From a virus (Duplodnaviria > Caudoviricetes): a stretch of DNA of 64,000 bases. Every line of letters begins with the position of its first letter. The stretch's first letter is position 1. The DNA lies in IMG/VR virus record IMGVR_UViG_3300027193_000501, positions 101,922 to 165,921 of that record; one strand, written 5' to 3'. Position numbers and translations under genes: made by a program. Below, piece by piece: positions 38,768-48,134 of the stretch. A model generated the notes under the pieces. That model saw only the letters and a list, made by a program, of their open reading frames with translations, was not told the origin of the DNA and ran no database searches.

Positions 38768-39113
38768 GATTTACAAGAGGAACCGCTCATAGCCTCTTGT
38801 AACGCCCCCTTCTTCCGCTCATAAGGAAGGGGGCAACCCTTTCTCATCCTGTATTGCCTTTGGGGTAGGATATTAATATTTTAAAACAGGATGAGTATAT
38901 CCCCTTATAGATTTATTTTCTATAAGGGTTTTTTATGAAAGATAGTTTGAAATTCACCTTGACATCTTCAGTAGACATGATAATATAAGGGTGTTCAAGA
39001 TGACTACAGCATCAAGAACAAAATCCAGAATGTGGTGATTCTGGTATCAATGTGAGAAGAATGGTTATACTCCTTTCCGGTTGTGTTTTCCGCCCCATTC
39101 TTCTCACACCCTT

Positions 39114-39183
39114 AGGTGGTTAGCTTAATAGTAGAGCAAAGGAACATAAGCCTTCTGTATGGGTGCGAATCCTATACCACCTT
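39114..39183 (+). pseudogene. Degenerate tRNA-like gene (possible CAT anticodon)
   Basis: AGGTGGT/ACCACCT acceptor, D arm and T arm intact; anticodon loop one nt short. Confidence 0.5.
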
Positions 39184-39249
39184 TTTCCTGATTGATGGTT
39201 TGAAAATTTACTTGTAGGGGTATGAGTAAGGTCAATCAGGAAGGCAATT

Positions 39250-39780
39250 TTATAATATTAAGTCTGGATTGTGTCTTTCTCTATGGCAATTCGCACAGAC
39301 TAATACACACTTGTTTACTTCTTCTACTAACCTATCCCATTTTGAACAAGAACATTTTCTTAAGTCAATACCAAATGATTTTTCTTCTGGATTAAGATGG
39401 TGAAATTCAAGGGCTGATATATTTTTATTATATCCGCAATCGCAACATTTTCCTCCAGCAATTTCAATCAATTGTTTTTTTCTTTCCAATCCTCTTGCTT
39501 GTTGTGCAGTATATACTTGATGTTTATGATTAGTGCTTTTTACTTTGCATTTAACTGAACAAAATTTAGTTTGATTTCCTGTTAGAGGAGTTTTACATAT
39601 CTCGCAATTAATATTATTGATTTTTCCTAATTCATATTTTGCTACCCAATATCTGATAGAGGTCAGACTTTTGCCTGTGATTTTTGATATTTGAATTAAG
39701 GATTTATTTTCTCTTATCATGTTTACTAATAATTCTTTTTCCATTTGTTTTCCTTTTACATAGATTATGAACATTGTCAT
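39250..39780 (-). CDS. HNH homing endonuclease
   Basis: CCDCGY...LEFHH...KCVLVCANCHRERH; N-terminal HTH and Zn finger; sits between tRNA genes. Confidence 0.88.
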   Translation of the reverse strand: MTMFIIYVKGKQMEKELLVNMIRENKSLIQISKITGKSLTSIRYWVAKYELGKINNINCEICKTPLTGNQTKFCSVKCKVKSTNHKHQVYTAQQARGLERKKQLIEIAGGKCCDCGYNKNISALEFHHLNPEEKSFGIDLRKCSCSKWDRLVEEVNKCVLVCANCHRERHNPDLIL

Positions 39781-39849
39781 AATTTTTTATACAAAAAAGT
39801 TAATTGATATTCCTTGCATTCAGTTTTAGATATGGTAATATATTGATAT

Positions 39850-39927
39850 GGCAGTTTAGCTTAGTTGTCCTAAAGCACTCGACTCATAATCGAAATATCG
39901 TAGGTTAGAATCCTACAACTGCCACCA
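39850..39927 (+). tRNA. tRNA-Met(CAT) (or Ile2), encoded CCA
   Basis: GGCAGTT/AACTGCC acceptor stem, loop CTCATAA, ACCA end. Confidence 0.88.
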
Positions 39928-39952
39928 ATTTTTGTTAGAAAGATATAAAAAA

Positions 39953-40156
39953 ATGCCAAACGATACTCTCTCATATCTAGAAAATAAATCAGAACATGAT
40001 TTACTGGTGATTCTTGAAGGTTTTAAAATGCTGTTGGCTGATTCAGAATTATTTGATATTTTGGCTGAGAAGTTAGATTATCCTGATGAGATGTTGTTGG
40101 AATTACGTGAGGATGTTAATAATTTTATTTCAGATATTCCTGATTCTGAACTATAA
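39953..40156 (+). CDS. Hypothetical acidic protein
   Basis: ORF downstream of the tRNA. Confidence 0.55.
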   Translation: MPNDTLSYLENKSEHDLLVILEGFKMLLADSELFDILAEKLDYPDEMLLELREDVNNFISDIPDSEL

Positions 40157-40280
40157 AAGATTTGTTTCTGGTTGGTGTTTGTTCTAATCTCCTTTCACTC
40201 ATCCCCATATTAATTACTACAGAGATAGTAAATATGGGGATTTTTTTTGACAACTACAATAACATATGATACATTAGATT

Positions 40281-40499
40281 ATGAAACTTGAACAAGTACT
40301 ACCGATGCTTAGAAATGGTGAAACGATTACTAGGACTAGGCTTTGGAACGGTCGTAGCAGAGTAGTTTATTTTGTCAAGATTATGGATGAACAACTAAAA
40401 TTCAAGTTCATCGCTAGAGACGGAACAACTACTTCTTGGCATATGTACAGTATGCGAGAACAAGATATTTTAGCAGAAGACTGGGAGATAGCAGGATGA
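40281..40499 (+). CDS. Tad2/DUF2829-like protein (leaderless, early promoter)
   Basis: MKLEQVLPMLRNGETITR.RLWNG...QDILAEDWEI. Confidence 0.72.
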   Translation: MKLEQVLPMLRNGETITRTRLWNGRSRVVYFVKIMDEQLKFKFIARDGTTTSWHMYSMREQDILAEDWEIAG

Positions 40500-40816
40500 C
40501 ACAAGAGATTATTCAAAGAGCAATGCAGGTTTTTCTATACACTGGTGGATTTCTAGCGTTTTGGCAGATTACAAAGAATATGCCAAAAGTACTATTTAAC
40601 CTATTGGAATTCCTGATTGTTACTCCATTTTATCTTTTATGGATGTTTCCAATTGCAGGTTTGATAGAATACATCTTGGGTGGAAACTTTGACATGACAT
40701 TCAATTTTGTCGGATGTCTTTGTGGAGTTAGTTTATTATCTGCTTTGTGGTTAGTATTTGTAGTTCTCTCCCGTGAATGGCAAGGCAAGAAACAATACAA
40801 ATATAATCTGTTGTAA
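40496..40816 (+). CDS. Multi-TM membrane protein
   Basis: Three hydrophobic helices; ATGA-coupled. Confidence 0.6.
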   Translation: MTQEIIQRAMQVFLYTGGFLAFWQITKNMPKVLFNLLEFLIVTPFYLLWMFPIAGLIEYILGGNFDMTFNFVGCLCGVSLLSALWLVFVVLSREWQGKKQYKYNLL

Positions 40817-40827
40817 AGGCGATAGAG

Positions 40828-41175
40828 ATGACAATAAAAGAATTGTGGGAATCGTCACCTATTAAATATAATCCTTGGCGATATGTTTATGAGAGAAATA
40901 CACCATCTTTTAAAATAGAATGGAATGGATTTCTTTTTCATAGTCCAAAAGTTCTAAGACATGAATCAGGTACGTTTATTTTAAAAGTACATTGTAGAGA
41001 CGGAAGAACAGCATTAGTAAAAATATCTTCTAATCATCCTGTCCTACCATATAGTTTTAATTTCTATGATGAGGAACCAATCATACCTGAATCTGTTTTC
41101 CATAGTTTAGGAATATTAAAAAAAGAAGACGCTCCTAAATTTCAATATCAAGAAAATACTATCTGCGTCTTGTAA
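40828..41175 (+). CDS. Hypothetical protein
   Basis: ORF. Confidence 0.55.
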   Translation: MTIKELWESSPIKYNPWRYVYERNTPSFKIEWNGFLFHSPKVLRHESGTFILKVHCRDGRTALVKISSNHPVLPYSFNFYDEEPIIPESVFHSLGILKKEDAPKFQYQENTICVL

Positions 41176-41203
41176 TCCCTGTAGCATATGGTATACTACA
41201 TAC

Positions 41204-41395
41204 ATGAACAAAGTAGAGATTAGATACGTTACCAACTTCCCTAAGATGAAGTTTACTGCACATTATAATGGATTGCTTCTTTCCTCTGGTTCCAATGCTC
41301 AAGAACTAGGTGAGATGTATGCTAAGAAATATAATACAGAATGGGTTCTTTGTGATAATAATAATATTTATTCACAAAGAGGAGTAAATAAATAA
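41204..41395 (+). CDS. Hypothetical protein (leaderless)
   Basis: TGGTATACT-6nt-ATG. Confidence 0.55.
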   Translation: MNKVEIRYVTNFPKMKFTAHYNGLLLSSGSNAQELGEMYAKKYNTEWVLCDNNNIYSQRGVNK

Positions 41396-41796
41396 TGTCC
41401 ACTAGAAGCCGAATTGGAATGATGTTGTCAGATGGTACTATTAAAAGTATTTATTGCCATCATGACGGAGATGTAGAATCTGTTGGTGAAGCACTTTTAA
41501 ATCATTATAGTGATGAAGATAAAGTAAAAGAATTATTACTCTTTGGTAATCTTAGTGTATTAGAACAGAATATCTATCCAGAGGGTGAACATTCTTTTGA
41601 TAACCCAGAACCAGATGTATGTATTTTTTATAGCAGAGATAGAGGCGATGTAGATGAAGATGCTAGTATCCGCTCTATAGATGAATATTTAAATAATACA
41701 ATGATTGAATATTTATATTTATATTCTGGTAATGAATGGTCTGTCTACGATTGTTATGAAAAAGACGGTTGGAAAAAAGTAGAAGATTTGTTGTAA
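41395..41796 (+). CDS. Conserved hypothetical phage protein
   Basis: MSTRSRIG...SIYCHHDG...L..HY. Confidence 0.7.
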   Translation: MSTRSRIGMMLSDGTIKSIYCHHDGDVESVGEALLNHYSDEDKVKELLLFGNLSVLEQNIYPEGEHSFDNPEPDVCIFYSRDRGDVDEDASIRSIDEYLNNTMIEYLYLYSGNEWSVYDCYEKDGWKKVEDLL

Positions 41797-41837
41797 ATCT
41801 TCTTGCATTCTTCCCAGAGATGGCGTATTATATTGAT

Positions 41838-42115
41838 GTGAGGTTGGAGCCGAGAGTACAACCTCCACCCAGTAAGAGTCCAGAACGGCTAGAATCTATT
41901 GCGAGATTCAAATAAGGGTAGCAACCTTGGAGTAGTTAAATCTACAATCTCTTACTGATTCCTTGGCAGGGACTGACGCAAACTGTTATGTCAAGGCAAA
42001 TAATTTGTGGTTGGATACTATGCTCTCTTAGGAGACACGGGTATCATCGGAGGCAGAGACCATCGAAAGAACTGCCCTAGTGTTCCGTACTGGTTGAAAT
42101 CCAGCCAACCACAAA
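41838..42115 (+). ncRNA. Candidate structured ncRNA(s) ending in a tRNA-like acceptor/T-arm domain
   Basis: Upstream promoter; several stems; tttgtggttgg/ccaaccacaaa closing ctgg-ttgaaat-ccag. Confidence 0.5.
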
Positions 42116-42189
42116 TCCAATCTTTTCCAAAATATTTCTTGCTTCCATTTTAATACGTGATACAATGTTCTGTAAGAGAGGTAATAATC

Positions 42190-42519
42190 ATGTTGTCATT
42201 TAGAAAAGATTTCAAAGTATTTGAAACTACAGAAGAATTTGTCAAAGAAGCAATTTGGACAAAAAATGATTTGCTACTAAGGATTGAACACAACTACGGT
42301 CTCATTGATATTAAATTCAATCCTATCACTTGCCTTTTAGAAGGTGTTGTTTACGCTGATATTACAGATGCAAAAGAAATGGTATTATCGGTAAAATCTG
42401 TAGATATTGCTGATTGTATGTTATCTGCTTTACACATCTCATCAGCCCTTCATTCTTTTATTTCTGATGCTTATAAGATGGCTGGATTATTAAACGGTAT
42501 ACTCGTACAACCCAAATAA
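42190..42519 (+). CDS. Hypothetical protein
   Basis: RBS gaggt. Confidence 0.6.
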   Translation: MLSFRKDFKVFETTEEFVKEAIWTKNDLLLRIEHNYGLIDIKFNPITCLLEGVVYADITDAKEMVLSVKSVDIADCMLSALHISSALHSFISDAYKMAGLLNGILVQPK

Positions 42520-42644
42520 TCCAATCAAATCCCCCAAGTTTAGTGGTGTTTTCTTGGGGGATTTTTATTATTGGAGATATAAATATATTTTCTTGACATA
42601 CAGTTCCACTTACTATATACTATTGGTGTAAGGGAGATAGGACA

Positions 42645-42935
42645 ATGACAGTAGAATGTTGGAAACTGACAGATATCTTTCATGACTGTGGTATTGATAC
42701 AAAGTTCGCAGAGTCTTTTGTTACTTGGGCTGATTGGGAATTTTGTGAAGGTGAACACGTATTGGTGTATGCACGTACAGTAATTCCACAGTTGATTTCT
42801 TATGTAGTGTATAATTTTTCAGAAATCGTAGACACTAATGGCGAACAAATTGATGATACCGTAGTTCGCAAAGAAATTGAAAACTATTATGCTCAACATT
42901 TGTATGAAGGTTCACTAATCGACATTGCAAACTAA
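42645..42935 (+). CDS. Hypothetical protein
   Basis: TTGACA promoter, RBS and terminator. Confidence 0.65.
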   Translation: MTVECWKLTDIFHDCGIDTKFAESFVTWADWEFCEGEHVLVYARTVIPQLISYVVYNFSEIVDTNGEQIDDTVVRKEIENYYAQHLYEGSLIDIAN

Positions 42936-43015
42936 AAAGAACCCCAAGTGAAAATCTGGGGATTCCTATTGACAAGATTGTAGCATATGATATACTTAAT
43001 CCAAGGAGATAGGGT

Positions 43016-43171
43016 ATGAAGAATGCATACGGTAAGAAGTGTTGTTACTGTTCTTGCTGGGTAGAGCCAGAAGAGGGACGATGCTGGAGATGGGAAGAAG
43101 CGAAGCGTTGGATAGTAGCCTGTGAAGATTGCTACCAAGAGAAAAAAGAAGAACGCAAGAAACAAAAATAA
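43016..43171 (+). CDS. Small Cys-rich Zn-finger protein (51 aa; absent from ORF track)
   Basis: AAGGAG RBS; MKNAYGKKCCYCSCW...ACEDCYQE; own promoter and terminator. Confidence 0.65.
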   Translation: MKNAYGKKCCYCSCWVEPEEGRCWRWEEAKRWIVACEDCYQEKKEERKKQK

Positions 43172-43239
43172 TATACAGGGGAGACTAATCATCTCCCCTA
43201 TTTTCTTGACATCATTGTAGCAGGTGATATACTAAAGAT

Positions 43240-43482
43240 ATGAAAGACTACAACGGCTGGAAGAACCAAGAGACGTGGTGTGTGAGTATGTTTCATATGC
43301 TCCACGTTGAAGAAGCGGTGAGACGGAATATGGATATTGATGATATTAAATATTATATTATCAGCAAGAACAAAATGGATAAGATGAATATATTTGAAAG
43401 AGATATGTTTCAAATCGCTCTCGCTAATGTTGACTGGGAAACCTTAGCAAATCGAGCAAAGGAAAATATCGAGCAAAAATAA
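43240..43482 (+). CDS. Conserved hypothetical phage protein (leaderless)
   Basis: YNGW.N.ETW...V.W..LA motif. Confidence 0.7.
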   Translation: MKDYNGWKNQETWCVSMFHMLHVEEAVRRNMDIDDIKYYIISKNKMDKMNIFERDMFQIALANVDWETLANRAKENIEQK

Positions 43483-43527
43483 TATAGGTTTAGGATATAA
43501 TAGATTATCTTACTTTGAGAGAACTAT

Positions 43528-44385
43528 ATGTCCAAACCTTTATTCATATGGGCTGGCGGTAAAAATAAAATGTTAAAACATTATAAGCCGTGGATGCCTA
43601 AAACAGTAGATAAATATTTCGAGCCTTTCTTCGGTGGTGGCGCAATGTTTATCCACGTATTTAATAATTATAAACCTGATGAAATGGTGATTAATGATAT
43701 AAATACAGATATAGTTAGAATATACAAAACGATTAAATCAGATTGTAATTCTTTTATTAAAATATTAGACAATCTATCCCAACAATATTTACCATTAGAT
43801 AAAGAAAATCGAAAAGAATTTTATTATTCCTTACGACATACACACGCTTATGATTATTTAAAATGGGACGCAACAGAAGAAGCGGCTAATTTATATTTCT
43901 TAATGAAGACTGGATTCAACGGTATATTCCAAGTTAATATAAATACAAATAATCGTTTCGGAACACCATCAGGATTATTAAACCAAAAAGATAAGGTGTT
44001 CGATAAGGATGTTGTTCTCTGGTGGAATAAAGCACTACAAAATACCACCATTCTTTCTGGAGACTGGAAAGAAACAACATCACTAGTAAAAGATATCCCT
44101 GACACATTTGTATTCTTAGACCCACCGTATAGAGGCTCGTTTACTTCTTATGGTCAAACATTCAATGACAATGACCAAACAAACTTAGTAGAGTTCGCAA
44201 AGAAATTCGAGCATACTAGAGTGTTCTTATGTAATCGAGATATAGAAGATAATTTTTATGAAAATATCTTAGAGGACTTATTAATAAATAAATATCCTGT
44301 TACCTATACAGCAGGAAGAAGAAAAAAGACAGAAGATGGGTTTGAAGCGAAGAAAGCAACAGAAGTATTGATTAGAAATATGTAG
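43528..44385 (+). CDS. dam: DNA adenine methyltransferase (Dam/D12 class)
   Basis: WAGGK, EPFFGGGA, NDIN, FNG, FLDPPY. Confidence 0.9.
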   Translation: MSKPLFIWAGGKNKMLKHYKPWMPKTVDKYFEPFFGGGAMFIHVFNNYKPDEMVINDINTDIVRIYKTIKSDCNSFIKILDNLSQQYLPLDKENRKEFYYSLRHTHAYDYLKWDATEEAANLYFLMKTGFNGIFQVNINTNNRFGTPSGLLNQKDKVFDKDVVLWWNKALQNTTILSGDWKETTSLVKDIPDTFVFLDPPYRGSFTSYGQTFNDNDQTNLVEFAKKFEHTRVFLCNRDIEDNFYENILEDLLINKYPVTYTAGRRKKTEDGFEAKKATEVLIRNM

Positions 44386-44414
44386 AATTATATTTACATG
44401 AAGGGAGGATTATA

Positions 44415-45056
44415 ATGATATTACAAGTTAATCCTACAATCAATGTTTCTTTCAATGTGGCTCCCGGTTTGCTCATTAAACCTGAAGAAGTAATGGAGAT
44501 TCCTCACACTGTTTATGTTAATAACTTTGATGAGGAATCTTCTAAATTATTTTTAGAAGACTTTACTAGAGCAAGCAATTCATTTCAACCAATTATTCCT
44601 ATTATTATTGATTCTTACGGCGGAGATGTTTACTCATTATTATCTATGATTGATGTTATAGAAAATTCGAGTAAACCAGTAGCAACCGTATGTGTCGGTA
44701 AAGCAATGTCCTGTGGTGCTATTCTGCTGTCTTGTGGGCATAAAGGACATAGATACATAGGTAATCATGCAACAGTTATGATTCACGATGTATCAGCTTA
44801 TTCTGACGGTAAATTTGAAGAAGTAAAATCGAACGCTAGAGAAACTACTAGACTGCAAAAAGAAATGTTTAATATATTAGACAAAAACGCAGACAAGTTT
44901 ACTGGCTATTTCGATAGATTAGTTTTTCGAAGAGGCAGAAGTGATTGGTATATGAAAGCAGAAGACGCACTAAAACATGGAATAGCAGACCACATAGGCG
45001 TTCCAAAGTTTACCGTAGATATTCTTACTGTTTGCAAATTCTCCCTTGACAAATAA
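44415..45056 (+). CDS. ClpP-like protease (second copy)
   Basis: IDSYGG, GKAMSCG, MIHD, DWYM.AEDAL..GIADH. Confidence 0.85.
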   Translation: MILQVNPTINVSFNVAPGLLIKPEEVMEIPHTVYVNNFDEESSKLFLEDFTRASNSFQPIIPIIIDSYGGDVYSLLSMIDVIENSSKPVATVCVGKAMSCGAILLSCGHKGHRYIGNHATVMIHDVSAYSDGKFEEVKSNARETTRLQKEMFNILDKNADKFTGYFDRLVFRRGRSDWYMKAEDALKHGIADHIGVPKFTVDILTVCKFSLDK

Positions 45057-45104
45057 AAAATACAAAGATACAATACAACATACCAACCCTTATAAGGAAA
45101 TCGA

Positions 45105-45308
45105 ATGAAGAGCCAACACTTTTCACACATTAAAAAAACAGTGGGAGAAGACGAATATAAGAAATTGAGAACTATTGTTTTGCAGCAACCTCTCAACGTC
45201 GCAATCCCAGGAAATAAAATCGCCACTCATAGATTACTGCATATTCTTAAAGAACACACAGCATCTAAAATTATCAAATCTTGGAACGTTGATTTTATTG
45301 TTATGTAG
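45105..45308 (+). CDS. Hypothetical protein
   Basis: Promoter and RBS aagga. Confidence 0.55.
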   Translation: MKSQHFSHIKKTVGEDEYKKLRTIVLQQPLNVAIPGNKIATHRLLHILKEHTASKIIKSWNVDFIVM

Positions 45309-45399
45309 GAATTAAATCCTAACATATATAATAAAAATAATAAGCGACGAAGCCTATTAGAATTATCTAGTAGGCTTTTTGTCTTTTAAGGTGAAAACA

Positions 45400-45654
45400 A
45401 TGAATAAAAATCTAAAAGCGATTGATGTATTACTTGGACTATTTTTCTTGTCTATTGGCTGTTTTTCAGGCTATTCTTTTGCTAATATCGAGCAACCAAT
45501 TGAAAATAATAAACCATCTGTAGAAGCAATGGAATGTTATCGAGCAATGCATACATATTATAATAAAGAATATTTTGATAAATCGAGAAATGTTAAGACT
45601 CATATTACGAAGAAACAACCTTTATTAAGCGACAAATATACTCAACGCAATTGA
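45400..45654 (+). CDS. Hypothetical membrane-anchored protein
   Basis: RBS aaggtg; N-terminal TM helix. Confidence 0.55.
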   Translation: MNKNLKAIDVLLGLFFLSIGCFSGYSFANIEQPIENNKPSVEAMECYRAMHTYYNKEYFDKSRNVKTHITKKQPLLSDKYTQRN

Positions 45655-45877
45655 CACACACATATATTACAGGTAATATTAAGAGGATACTTGAAAATCT
45701 TATCGAGCCTAAGACAGAGTAAAGTATCATGGGGAAGAGGTAGAGCAATAGTTCCTTCTTCCCCTTTTTTCGAGTATAGATTATTTTCGAGTATTATTTC
45801 TCAATGTTTTCGAATATATAGTTTTCAAAATATGTCTTGACAACAGATTATTTGTGGTATAATATAGACGTAAATAA

Positions 45878-45949
45878 TCCAACTTAGCTCAGAGGTAGAG
45901 CAAACGGCTGTTAACCGTTCGGTCGATGGTTCGATCCCATCAGTTGGAG
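45878..45949 (+). tRNA. tRNA-Asn(GTT)
   Basis: TCCAACT/AGTTGGA acceptor stem, loop CTGTTAA, GGTTCGATCC. Confidence 0.92.
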
Positions 45950-46204
45950 TTTTTCTTTCGGTAGTGTAATCGTAGCACAAAGGTAACAATGGATACCTTT
46001 AGATAGAGCCAGAGAATATGCTTGATTAGTGCGGAATCTATATCAGGCTAGGGCAGAATGAGGTAGAATTCCTCTTTATCAACAGTGGTATTAATAACCC
46101 ACTTGCGCTTTATGGTGAACTCAAGCCATCAAAACAAGATTGAATTGGTTTTGCCTTTTCCCCATAGTAAAATATGGGGATTTATTATTTAAAAAGATAA
46201 TCCT

Positions 46205-46513
46205 ATGACAGAATTTCAAACTAGAATAATAAAAGATAAGGTGGAAGAAATAAATAATCTTTACTCACCTATCACTCTGCACTTTGATGCCGCCTGTATT
46301 AGAAAAGTGGAACAAGAAGATAATTGGTTCGTCACAATAATACATCTCATAACAGAAGAAGATTGGATTCAATTCGCATCTTTAGAATATAATTATCATA
46401 CTGTTATTGATAAACTAAAAGGCTGGGCTGATGCTTTAGAGGCAACCAAAGAATATATTAATATACATGGTTCCCTAAAAATAAATCCCAAGTCTGAAAG
46501 AAATGTGATATAA
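46205..46513 (+). CDS. Hypothetical protein
   Basis: ORF. Confidence 0.55.
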   Translation: MTEFQTRIIKDKVEEINNLYSPITLHFDAACIRKVEQEDNWFVTIIHLITEEDWIQFASLEYNYHTVIDKLKGWADALEATKEYINIHGSLKINPKSERNVI

Positions 46514-46691
46514 TAATAATATGAACAACCTTTACATTTATATTATCGGCGGAGTTTTATTTATGATGTATATTCCAGTCTTTTATGAAATTTATATGTT
46601 GCGAAAAATAATCAAATCAATCGCAAAAAAGACGGAAAAACTCGTAGACTAGTGGTATAATAGATTTGTAAGTTTGAAGAGACTTACATAC

Positions 46692-46765
46692 GCACCAGTA
46701 ACTCAGTGGATTAGAGTAACAAGCTTCTACCTTGTTTGTCGGGGGTTCGAATCCCTCCTGGTGTA
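46692..46765 (+). tRNA. tRNA-Arg(TCT)
   Basis: GCACCAG/CTGGTGT acceptor stem, ACAAG-CTTCTAC-CTTGT, GGTTCGAATCC. Confidence 0.92.
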
Positions 46766-46871
46766 TTTAATAACCTTAGACTAATAATCTAAGGTTATTT
46801 CTTTTAAATCTCCCATAAATAAAATCCCAAATCAATATACCAATCACACAAACATATGATACACTGACCTT

Positions 46872-47135
46872 ATGAGAAAAGACACCACAAAAATAATCGC
46901 TTTCATCTTGCTCTTTGTCACTTGGATTACTTTTGCTAAATTACAACAAGATAAGATTAATAATAGTAAAAATATTATTAAAGCACTATGGTATGAAAAT
47001 AAAATACTAAAAGAATCTCTCCAAGAACAAACATTACCAGAGTCTGAATACAAGATAATGAATTATTTTAATTATACGAATGAAGCAGACCTAAAACAAG
47101 AATATAATAATTATCTCAAATGGAAACTACAGTAG
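46872..47135 (+). CDS. Single-TM hypothetical protein
   Basis: N-terminal TM helix; leaderless start. Confidence 0.55.
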   Translation: MRKDTTKIIAFILLFVTWITFAKLQQDKINNSKNIIKALWYENKILKESLQEQTLPESEYKIMNYFNYTNEADLKQEYNNYLKWKLQ

Positions 47136-47483
47136 ATAACTAATTCTAACACAAGGGTCTCCAAATAAATATAATGTTCTAACTTCAACACCAGATATAT
47201 ATTTATTTGTATCATCAGGAAATACATTAGCCCTGACAAGCAAATCCATAACAGGTTTGATATAATTGTCAGGGTCGTTCTTCCTAGACCAAACATGATT
47301 CACCATTAATAATATTTCTACTTTAACAGGATATTCAGTAGGAGAAGACAAATCAACAAGAGGTAAGTTTGCTTCTATCCACTTATTATATTTCTTACTC
47401 TTACTCATAACCCCACGAGCCAATGGGACATACATATTATTAGCAGAAAATAAACTATATAACATACATGAAGTTTTTATCAT
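47127..47483 (-). CDS. rusA: RusA-family Holliday junction resolvase
   Basis: SANNMY...KNDPDNYIKPVMDLL....FPDD. Confidence 0.8.
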   Translation of the reverse strand: MIKTSCMLYSLFSANNMYVPLARGVMSKSKKYNKWIEANLPLVDLSSPTEYPVKVEILLMVNHVWSRKNDPDNYIKPVMDLLVRANVFPDDTNKYISGVEVRTLYLFGDPCVRISYLL

Positions 47484-47917
47484 GACCGCTTTATAACTTT
47501 CTGTCCTACAATTAAACCTAGATTAAAATCTTCTTTCTTAGTAACCCAGATTTTATTACCAGCAGACCAAACACTGTCAGGAGTATGAGAATAAAAAAAT
47601 GTTAATGGTATTTGATTCTGATACCAAATACCCTCGTCTATGATTACATTTAATAAATACTCTACTGCTCCTAAACTCTTGGCTCTTTTTACGTTAGAAT
47701 ATTGACAGGAGAGACGGTTATTATATTTATCAACCCAAGAACCTCCAGCAATATAAAAATCTGTATACGTAGCCATACTAGATATTTTTAAATAACAATA
47801 AACAGGGTCAGCATCTACTCTTGGTAATTTATTCATAATCTTCTTGGGGAATACGTCTTCACCATTTTCAATCATGTACCAGATTCTGTTTTTTAATAAC
47901 ATATAGAATTTATACAA
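47480..47917 (-). CDS. Hypothetical protein
   Basis: Coupled to rusA; start uncertain. Confidence 0.55.
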   Translation of the reverse strand: MYKFYMLLKNRIWYMIENGEDVFPKKIMNKLPRVDADPVYCYLKISSMATYTDFYIAGGSWVDKYNNRLSCQYSNVKRAKSLGAVEYLLNVIIDEGIWYQNQIPLTFFYSHTPDSVWSAGNKIWVTKKEDFNLGLIVGQKVIKRS

Positions 47918-48134
47918 ACTAGATTTATATTATATTACACTGGTACTTAGGCTTGTAAACAAGCCTAACCTACAGCCTTAAATAATAAGAATCGTTCCCA
48001 ACAATTCCTGTTATATTACACTGTCGGTTAGAGCCGGACGTTTAATGGAAAGTTAATATAAATATAATCTTGCTACACTGGCGAAGAATGATATAATTCT
48101 ATGTCGCACCCGTTGCGACGAGGAGATTTGGAAA

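Noticed and set aside
42932-43192. 86-aa minus-strand ORF
   Set aside because: The + strand 51-aa Cys-rich ORF has a promoter, RBS and terminator and explains the locus better
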